NCBI GenBank assembly: GCA_964016885.1
Contig: OZ024744.1
Span: 63,364,001 to 63,428,000, forward strand
DNA length: 64,000 nucleotides
Reading direction: 5' to 3'
Origin: Eledone cirrhosa
Lineage: Eukaryota
Shown: positions 54,660 to 64,000 of the stretch, in pieces
Layout of the letters: each line of letters begins with the position of its first letter
Position numbering within the stretch: position 1 is the stretch's first letter
Notes under the pieces: model-generated
What the model saw: the letters and a program-made list of their open reading frames with translations, nothing else
What the model was told of the DNA's origin: nothing
Databases searched by the model: none
Translations under genes and position numbers: made by a program

Positions 54660-55370
54660 GATGTAGCGGGATCACAGGTAAGCTATCTAAGAATGTGGCC
54701 GATGCTCAGGTGCAATAAGTAGCAAGTGCCCACAGGATACTAGCTCCTTCTACTGCCCAGATGGTTCTATAGGAATAGTGGACACTTTCTGTTACCTGGG
54801 TGACACAATCAGCAGTGGTGGAGGGTGCTCTGAAAGTACAGTAGCTAGTTAGAACGGCATCGAAAAAGTTCAGAGAGCTTATACTACTATTGGCCACTAA
54901 AGGTTTCTCTCTAAAAATGAAAGGCAGGCTGTATGATGCCTGCATACGAACAGCTATGTTACATGGCAGTGAGACATGGGCATTGTGTGCAGAGGACCTT
55001 TGCAGACTGGAAAGGAACAAAGCATGCATGCTCCGTTGGATGTGTAATAGCAATATACACGAACAGCAAAACATAAATGAACTAAGTGAGAAATTAGGAA
55101 TAAGAGGGATCAGATGCTGTTTATTTGAGAGAAGATTACGTTGGTATGGTCACGTGATGCGCATGAAAGACGACAGCTGTATAAAAAAGTGCAGGGCGAT
55201 CAAAATTGATGGTAGTTACGAAGTAGGTAGACTCAGAAAAACCTGGGACGACGTGATAAAATCCGACCTTGCACCCTTACACCTCTCTAAGACAATGTCA
55301 CTGGACCGAGATCTTTGGTGCCACGCACTAATACAGAAGACCCGCCTTCCCTACTTGCAAAGTTAACTTA
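54660..55370 (+). mobile_element. RTE LINE 3' fragment
   Basis: ORF 54890-55366 KGRLYDACIRTAMLHGSETW..RRLRWYGHVMRM. Confidence 0.88.
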
Positions 55371-55772
55371 CAGCCAGTAGGCCCCTCCAAACATACACCC
55401 CACTCTTCCTCTGTAAAGTTATGATGGTACCACAACATCCAGTCCAAACTAATGAGGTCGTGTAGGTGTCATGACAAAAAAAAACACACAGTCTACATTG
55501 TAATGTGGCCGTGTAGGTAACACGGTAAAAAGCTCCCAGTCCCCACTATAAATGTGGTTGGTGTTAGGAAGGGCATCTGGCCGTTGAAAACCTGTCAAAT
55601 ACAGTCCTATATGAGCGGGACACGGTCACCCGACCAATCTTGCCTCAAGTGGGGCAATTCCCGTCTAATATATACATGTGTATGTATGTAAAATGTAAAC
55701 AGAAATAACAACACAATTGGTACAGTATATGGAATGAATATATTTGGTTAACACTTGAAATAGCAGGAAGAG

Positions 55773-55810
55773 GATCTTAACGTTTCAGACGCTAGTCCTT
55801 CATCAGAAGA
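55773..55810 (-). ncRNA. Minimal type I hammerhead ribozyme motif (Penelope type)
   Basis: rc: TCTT-CTGATGA-A-GGAC(tagc)GTCT-GAAAC-GTT-AAGA; stems I and II pair; stem III is the palindrome ACGT. Confidence 0.7.
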
Positions 55811-56905
55811 AAGAACGAGAAAATAGAAAGATTGAAGGACACACACACAAACACATTCATACTCCTTAGTTATACCTGATGTATATATTTTTCTACTATA
55901 TGTTCCTTAGTTGGTAGTTACATTTGGTGTATATAATATATCTAGTGTAGCAAGTGACTTTATCTGTGGTCATCTGGTGCAAATAAACTAATAGGATTGC
56001 ATCATAAAAGTCATAGTAACAATTTAAAAAGCATATAAACTGTTATTTTTACTTGTTTTTTTAACTCTCCTTGTATTCATCCTCGTCATTATCAAGTTAA
56101 TGTCCATTCTTACATGCTTGCATGTGTCGGGAGAAACTTCTTTGGCCACTTATTCGTAAGAGGGTCATGTGGGGGCAGAGTCCTCAAACATTCCTTCCAG
56201 CAGGTCCTCTCAGAAGCAACTGTCTCCAACTGTTCCGACTGGATCTCCAAACATGTTGCTTTGGGTCTCCTGCCAGTAAAATCTGTCCAGCGATTCTTTC
56301 TTGAAACATTCTAACCACATACTCATAGTATTGGAGCTATGATCTCTCAATCCGGAGAAATAGTGGTTCTACTTGATCTCAGAGCTACGCACTCTATCGA
56401 GTAATGTTACTTCAAAGACCCTTCGGAGGAACCCCGTTTCGGCCGCTTATATTCACGATTGTATTCTTTCGGTCATTACCCAAACTTAGTGACAAAATTC
56501 TATTTCCAGATACCCTTTCTGGGATAAACATTCATTTCTTTTTTTTAAGTAAGGTACCAGTCCTCACCCACCTAACTGCTGTGCAGTATGATCTCTGTTT
56601 TTGTGGAATGTAAAAAATATCAATGCCAACACTCACAGTGTGTTTGTGCGTGTATATATAATCATCACAATATATTCATGTCGGTCAGATGGCCACATCT
56701 TGCTCACATGTCCTGTGCTGACATCGTTACTACAGCTGGATGTCCCTCCTAATGCTAACCACTTTACAGTGTTGTATTGGGTGCTTTGTATTGTAGCATC
56801 AGTGCTACCACTCTACAGGGTCAACTGGGTGCTTTGGATTGTGGTACAAACTCTACCACTTTACAAAGTGGGTGAAATGCATTTTTCAGTGGTGCCAATG
56901 CAATA

Positions 56906-56944
<39 letters not shown>

Positions 56945-57152
56945 TAGAAGTGACACTAATATAGCATGATTCATCATACGGGTTTATTTTTAGAATATAT
57001 ATGATTTATTTATGTATAATAAACATACAAGAGTCTGGGTATGAATTTTTTTACACGCTGTGATCAAGTCACAGCTATCTCAGTAGCAGAGAGAATGCCA
57101 TATACACACTTGTTACTGAGACAACATAATTTAAAACCTATATATATATATA

Positions 57153-57641
57153 TATAAACGTTTGAATATGTATAATAAAGCCAAAACAATGCAGGTATGG
57201 ACATAGAATAAAGAATGCAAATGCAAAAGATATTGTTGACAATTAGTCTTTTACCTTAGATTTATTTAAATGTCCTTAATTTTCGAGATAATATCTCTTC
57301 TTCAGAGGGAAATAAAGGTCTCAAACCAGCGTTCTAAGTAGCTTGCCAAGTCATGCTGACAGGAAATGGTATAGAGTATCTGTTCTATCTCTAATGACAT
57401 TAGAGATAGAACAGATACTCTATACCATTTCCTGTCAGCATGACTTGGCAAGCTACTTAGAACGCTGGTTTGAGACCTTTATTTCCCTCTGAAGAAGAGA
57501 TATTATCTCGAAAATTAAGGACATTTAAATAAATCTAAGGTAAAAGACTAATTGTCAACAATATCTTTTGCATTTGCATTCTTTATTCTATGTCCATACC
57601 TGCATTGTTTTGGCTTTATTATTCATATTCAAACGTTTATA
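57153..57641. mobile_element. Near-perfect palindrome (244-bp arms, 1-nt centre at 57397), Penelope-like terminal repeat
   Basis: Arms reverse-complementary with one mismatch seen by eye; hammerhead motif in each arm. Confidence 0.85.
57486..57520 (+). ncRNA. Minimal hammerhead ribozyme motif (mirror copy 57274-57308 minus)
   Basis: CCT-CTGAAGA-A-GAGAT(att)ATCTC-GAAA-ATT-A-AGG; UUA cleavage triplet; stem I CCU/AGG. Confidence 0.65.
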
Positions 57642-57679
57642 CCTCATTACACAATGCTTCAAGTGAACTATAACCTCCT

Positions 57680-57724
<45 letters not shown>

Positions 57725-58348
57725 TCTTTTCCATATAAAGCGTGATACTAATAAGACTTGTTGTATCCGTTTTTTCATTTCCTTGAACTATATATATGAC
57801 AGGCTTTTGCACAGCTTCCATCTGCCAAATTCATTCACAAAACCTTGATTAGCTCAAGGCTATAGTAGAAGATACTTGGGCTAGGTGCCATGTGGTTGTG
57901 AAGCACACAGCTCTCTCTCTCTCTGTCTGTGTAATAAACAACACAGTATAATTATTCCATCTGACGCATCTGTTAGAATCGTCTGACTTCGTGAAACCTT
58001 GGGTAATTGAATAATTGTATTGTGTTGTTTATAACAATTAAATAGCTCTGTGCTATACATAGAGCACTCTTCTTTCCTTTACCTTTTACCTTTTCCATGG
58101 AAATACGTAACACATATATATATATATAATTAATACAAAAGGAAAACATAGGTTATTATTCAAATTCCATCTTTAATTTCTACAATTGTTTCTATGGAAA
58201 TAAATGTAGTACCAGTAGAAAGAATCATTCACTTTTGACTTTGATTCCTGCATGCTGTAGACCTGAATAACGCATTGAGCTTGATGCGCGTTACCAAAAT
58301 TGAGCTTGATGCGCATTACCAAAATAATAGTGGATTATTCCACTCTCA

Positions 58349-58386
<38 letters not shown>

Positions 58387-58583
58387 TTCTCTGTGTATGT
58401 GTGTGTATATATATATATTTTCAACAAAGTAATAAACACAGGTGAATAAATAACAGTTCATGTGTATTTTAAATGCCTAATATGACTCTACCATGATGCA
58501 GTTATTGCAATTTCTATGTGATTTATGATCTATATATGATAAAGCTGTAGTAGTTAGCCTTATAGCTTACCTTTTTATTTCAG

Positions 58584-58607
58584 AGTATAGTTTCGAGTGG
58601 AAAGTCT
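58584..58607 (+). CDS. kibra: Candidate alternative 24-nt microexon (SIVSSGKS)
   Basis: ctttttatttcag|AGTATAGTTTCGAGTGGAAAGTCT|gtaaga; frame-preserving phase 0-0 within a phase-0 intron; nearby TGCATG cluster. Confidence 0.55.
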
Positions 58608-59859
58608 GTAAGAAATTGTTTGTTTTTCTTAATACCCTTGCATGGATAGAATTTTCCATGGCTAGTTACTTCTGCATGATTTTCAAATTGATTTAAGTTA
58701 TATTTCAACTTAATATTAACAAGCTCCATGCTTGATTGATTTATTCACATGGAATTTTGATATTAAAGTTGGATCCAATTTCTGAACTATCATTTTCTGT
58801 TTTCAATATTCATTCTTTCATTATAAAATTTTCATTACAAATATTTTATAAGTCTCTTCAGATTTATGCTGGTTTGCAGTGTTTGTGGATATTGCCATGT
58901 TTGCTCTTAGTCACATGCAAATTTATTCATACATTTTATTTTGTTAAATAAAACTAGTTGATTTAATGTATAATTAACAAGAAGTTTCAAATAAATTTTT
59001 CCAGAGTTATGAACAATCTGGAATTTTTAAAGAAAGTTTCCTTAAAAAAAAAAAAACTTAATTCTCAGATATTTTACAAAATACAATTTCTTGCATGTTT
59101 CAATGACATTTCTTCTACAAAGATTCCCTTTTCATATTTTGTATTGCTTGACAAAAAAGAAAAAAATTATTACAAATTTTTATAAAGTATTTTATTTCCA
59201 ATACATTTCTGCATGGTTTAACTTACTAAACTAGAACATTTTTATTAACCCTTATTCATGTCTCTTCTGTATTTCCCAGCAGCATTATTTTAGTTTAAAA
59301 GGACGTCTTTCAGACATTCTGTTTTAAGCTAAAATTAAGTCTTTCTCTCTTCAATGTCTAATATGTGAAGGCATGTGGTCGAGTGGTTAGGGTGTTGGTC
59401 TCACAATCATAAGATCATGGGTTCGATTTCTGATCCCGGCAACATGTTGTATCCCACTGCTCTTCATGATAGGACTGATGTTCCTATTATTAAAACACCC
59501 ACTAAACCTACATAGGTATGAGTTGTAATAACAACAGCAATAACATATAATGTAAAATGAAGAGACCTATAAAGTGTCTGTTTGATTTTGATTTTGTTCT
59601 TCAAATAAATCTTTCCTAATGATATGAACTTCCATAGACTATAAAATAACTGCAAACTGTATTCATTCCTAACGTTTATATTTCTTCTGTTGGAAATTTA
59701 ATATTTGTGAATGAATTAACACAGACTTTTTTTTTTTAAAGGATTTATAATTTCAAATATAAATTTCATATAATGCTATTTAAAATTAATATATTATTAA
59801 ACAAACTCACTTAAAATGATGCTCATGTCTTTCTGTTTGTGTGTGTGTGTGTATTATCA

Positions 59860-60800
59860 TCATCATCATCATCATCATTTTATGTCTGTTTTTCCTTACT
59901 TGCATGGGTTGGATGGACTTATTCCAGCAGATCATCCCACCATTCATTGCAATCCTTTGTCATTTCCTTTGAATGTCAGCAATTTGAGATCAGCTCTCAC
60001 CATATCCACCAAGGCTTTCCTTGGTCTTTTTCCACTGGGATTACTCACCCAGTGATCATCCGTGTGCATCGTTTGTCCATACCAGCGCAGTCTTCTCACT
60101 GTTCATCCATGCTTTGTCACTCACGCACATTAACATAATACATCCATCGAAGTCTGCTGAATTCATTTCTCTTCATCCTTCACATATCCTCTGCACTCCC
60201 TGCCCATGTCTCACTATCCTGCAGTATTGTACATAGCATTCAGGCATCATATAGCTTGCCTTTCATTTGTAGAGAGAAACCTTTTGTTGTCAACAGATGT
60301 GGTAGCTACCTAAACTTTTCCAACCTGTCCTTATTCTAACTACTATGCTCCCGTACCATCCTCTTCCGCTGCTAATTTTATTGCCTAGGTAGCAGAAGCT
60401 ATCAACCAGCCTATGGAGCCTTTTCAAGATTGGAAAAGTCTGGCACTCTTACTACCAATTATCCCTGATCATCTAATATATATATACAATGTCCTCCGTT
60501 CCTGTTATTCTCTAGTCCTTCCACAGGTTCAGCTATAAGAACCTAGTCATCAGTATAAAGAAGTTCCCATTCTGAATCACACTTACACACTGCTTTCCAA
60601 TGTGGTACATCTCGCAACACACTGGCAAACTATCAGCCTCTCTGTGTGCTATGTATGCTTGTCGTCTAACTTCTTATTTAGCTACATGGTACTGGCCTCT
60701 GCTGCCCCCATTTTCCCAGTCTTTTCATGCCTGTCTCTTGTCCTTAATGGCCCTATGCATTGTGCTGTTCTACCACCAAGTCACCATCTGAGCTTGATAA
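59860..60800 (-). mobile_element. Degenerate RTE LINE pieces
   Basis: rc WELLYTDD at ~60545-60570; (CAT)n tail at 59856-59877; similarity to 46560-48630. Confidence 0.65.
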
Positions 60801-60981
60801 TTCTGTCACTTACTCTAACTACTTCAATTACATTATCTATCCATTTCTCAGCTTGTAAAATTCTTACACTATCATAATTTCTCAAAAAAAAAGCTTGTAT
60901 CTATGTTGTTTACCTGTGAGTAATTTTACTGAAGCACAGCTCCATCTCACAGTAAACATTTACTTGTCTCCTCTAAAGCAC

Positions 60982-61017
<36 letters not shown>

Positions 61018-61175
61018 TCTACATTAATATTGAGTACTCATTTTCATAACCATCAACACTAAGCATATATATATATATATAAAAATAAAAGCAAAATTTG
61101 TTTTTGGTCTTAACCTGGTGGATACCTAAATGTATTTGAGTGAATAACAATATTATACAATATAATATAATATTA

Positions 61176-61640
61176 TTAATATTTGGTTTGTTTGCAAGCA
61201 AACAGCCTCATAAACACCATGTGCTAGGTAACTAACATCTTCCTTTTGTTCCAGCAGTAACTGAGAGAAAACAAACAATCGACAATTGTTTCAGTCTTTT
61301 ACTCCTTATCAAGATTGTGTATTCTGCTCACTGCTACACACTGGAACTACTGAGAATACGTAGTATTCTCAAATGTAGACACTGGCTGATTAGCCTCATT
61401 TGCATACTGTGCGAGTTTATGAAGCTGTTTGCTTGCAAACAAACCGAATATTAATCACTTGGTATGCAAATGAGGTTAATCAGCCAATGTATACATTTGA
61501 GAATACTATGTATTCTCAGCAGTTCCAGTGGGTAGCAGTGACGAGAATACAAAATCTTGATAAGTAGGAAAAGACTATGAAACAAAGTGATGATGTTAGT
61601 CATCTAACATATGGTGTTTATGAGGCTGTTTGCTTACAGA
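61176..61640. repeat. Nested inverted repeat
   Basis: ~61196-61408 inverted at ~61462-61635; 61176-61217 also inverted at 61416-61454. Confidence 0.8.
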
Positions 61641-61788
61641 CATGTATTCACTGTTTAAATACAGAAATTTATCTTTCATGATCTCAATTTAGAAAATACA
61701 TAATCATCGATAATTCTATCTTTCTTCATTAAAAAGAATTAATTTACTGAAATAATTAAACTTTTTTGCTTTTTTGATGTGACTGTAG

Positions 61789-61910
61789 GTTCACAAAAGT
61801 GAAAATGATCCTGACAACTCTAAGCAAAATAAGCGTGCTGAACAAATTATGAAAAAAGTTAAGAGAGATGTTGAAAAAATTCAAAAAAATTATTTCCCGA
61901 ATGCTTTCAG
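61789..61910 (+). CDS. kibra: KIBRA/WWC exon t (probably penultimate; gene continues beyond window)
   Basis: ctgtag|..|gtaagc; KRAEQIMKKVKRDVEKI..AFR aligns by eye to the region before the conserved FREKMAFF C-terminus; phase 0-2. Confidence 0.85.
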
Positions 61911-62289
61911 GTAAGCAAAAGAATAAATAAATTAAAAGAAAAAAACATAACAAATTTTTTTTACTGTTCTTTTCACCCTTTCTCATTATTTTCTATCTTT
62001 TTATTTATTATGTAATTTTTTCATAATATAGAGAGAATCTCTAGGGTTTTGCTATCATCAGCGTTATCATTAACATCATCTTCATTACCATTTTCATTTT
62101 CACCATCACCACCACCACCACCACCATCATCAAATTTAACACCTCAACATCAATTCTTTTACAGTATATTTAACCAGGACACACTACCACATTGCTAGGT
62201 CTCAATATGAAATAACAAAGAGAGGGACACCCTGACCGACTCTATACATGCCTGGGGATGTAGTAGATATAGCTTGGCCTGTTCCCTCA

Positions 62290-62632
62290 TAAGAGTTAAA
62301 GACCCCCTTCGGTCATGTATGACCATGGGATTTGCACCTAGAAAGTTCCACGCCGAGGCACAAGTCCGGACAAGGTTATTTGTGGAAGACCAGCAGTCGC
62401 CCATGCATACTGGTCTCTCCTCTCCACACCACCGATGTTGTCGAAGGGAAAGGCAATGGTTGATAGAACTTGACACCGGTGACGTGGCAACTCATTTCTA
62501 CAGCTGAGTAAACTGGAGCAACTTGAAAATAAAGTGTCTTAGTTAAGGATACAATGCATCACCTGTGCTGAGAATCGAACTCACAATCTCATGATTGCAA
62601 GCCCAGCGTTCTAACCATGAAGCTATACACCT
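62290..62632 (-). mobile_element. tRNA/CORE-like-headed SINE with a different GC-rich 3' body
   Basis: Head and core resemble the 27225 SINE (62490-62632); body 62290-62490 is unrelated to it. Confidence 0.6.
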
Positions 62633-64000
62633 TCATAAAAAGTAACAGATATCTGATAGTTTTGGAGTGTACAGTATTCTGTTGTTCAGTGCCATCAACC
62701 TATTCACCTAACATCTTTTGTTTCCATGCTGGCATGGGTTGGGCAGCTTGTCACAGTCTAAGGTTAGACAGCTTGGAGAACCATGTCTTGCTTATAGACT
62801 TCATATTTTGGCATGAATAGTATTTTTTAGCCATCATTTAACGTTCATTTTCCATGGTAGCATGGGTTTGACAGGTTTTCACAGTCCTAGATGTGTCTAA
62901 GGATTATGCCTGGCTTATCTATTCCTATAGGTTATAAGATGGTGGAATTTGAATGTGTTATATCTTAAGCTAAACAGGAGGTGTTTATTGGGTTCCTGAC
63001 GCTAATACCTGTAAAATTCTAGTCTCCAAAGACTGAATTGCTCAGCACCCTTTAATTTCCTTAATGGGTAATTTGGATTTTGTCCTCTATTGTTCTGGAC
63101 TCAAAACCAATAATATGCTGGATTCAATTTAATCAACAATGGTCTTTTACAAAAAATTGGCTTTGTGACCTTATAAGAAATAATGTTCTAATTTTGTAAC
63201 CCTTTAGCATTTAAACCGATCATACCTGGCCAGAATTCTCTCACATCTTTCTGTTCAAACTGGCTGTAACTGACTACTCATACTGATGTTAAGGTATTCT
63301 CAAAACAAATAATATCAAAATCTCCTAGATTCAATAGTATGTGAGATAAAGTGTTTACTGTGAAAATACAATAGTAAATATAGATATATGTAAATACTAA
63401 AGTGTTAAAGTCATTTCCCTTGCTAAAACAAAACTTAAGAGGTGAGAAGAGGGCACACATGACAGGCTAAATCATCCTCATTATAGCGTCCTTCTTATGG
63501 CAATGCCTTTCTTGACACTGACTCTTTTCAGTCACTTATGACAATAGGGATATGGTGCACCTATTTGAAATTAAGGCCAGCAATTATCCCAGTGCATTAC
63601 TGGTACTTTATTTTATCAGCCCCGAAAGGATGAAAGGAAAAGTTAACCTCGGCGGGATTTGAACTCAGACCGTAAAGGGCTGTAACTCTATGCTGCAAAG
63701 CATGGTGTCCGACTCCCTACCGATACTGCCAATCCACTGCCCTTGAAAATAACAAACATTTGACTATGATACTGGACAACTATTGTCATTGTGTTGTGTT
63801 TCAGAGCAAGGCACTTAAGTATTCTGGTTTCATTTTGTCTGACTAAACAAAATCTGCTCCTACATTGCAGTTGAATAGTTATTATAGTTAGGGCAGTGTT
63901 GGTAGAGCGTCAGACAACATGCTTCGCGGCATAGAGTTACGGTCCTTTATGTTCTGAGTTCAAATCATGCTGAGTTTAGCTTTGTTTTTCATCCTTATGA

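Noticed and set aside
63805-63875. Possible final kibra exon after tttcag
   Set aside because: Translation shows no resemblance to the conserved EKMAFF-type C-terminus

Overview
AT-rich, microsatellite-dense animal genomic DNA, not prokaryotic. The repeat landscape suggests a coleoid cephalopod, probably an octopus (inference). The window lies inside one + strand gene, a KIBRA/WWC-family Hippo-pathway scaffold. I traced 20 GT-AG coding exons (1789-61910, 3338 nt) whose splice phases are all compatible. They cover the coiled coils, Ser-rich region, C2 domain, acidic region, aPKC/PKM-binding segment and C-terminal coiled coil; the WW-domain exons and the last exon lie outside the window. Introns hold RTE, CR1/L2 and R4/Dong LINE remnants, tRNA-derived SINEs, piggyBac/hAT/mariner MITEs, Helitrons and minisatellites. 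Most notable: (1) long intronic palindromes carrying minimal hammerhead-ribozyme motifs of the Penelope type, including a near-perfect 244-bp-arm hairpin; (2) a tandemly amplified H-type pseudoknot module with compensatory changes in the dominant SINE; (3) a candidate 24-nt microexon and an alternative terminal exon inside a TGCATG (Rbfox) cluster. Most other short ORFs in the supplied track are repeat-derived or noise.
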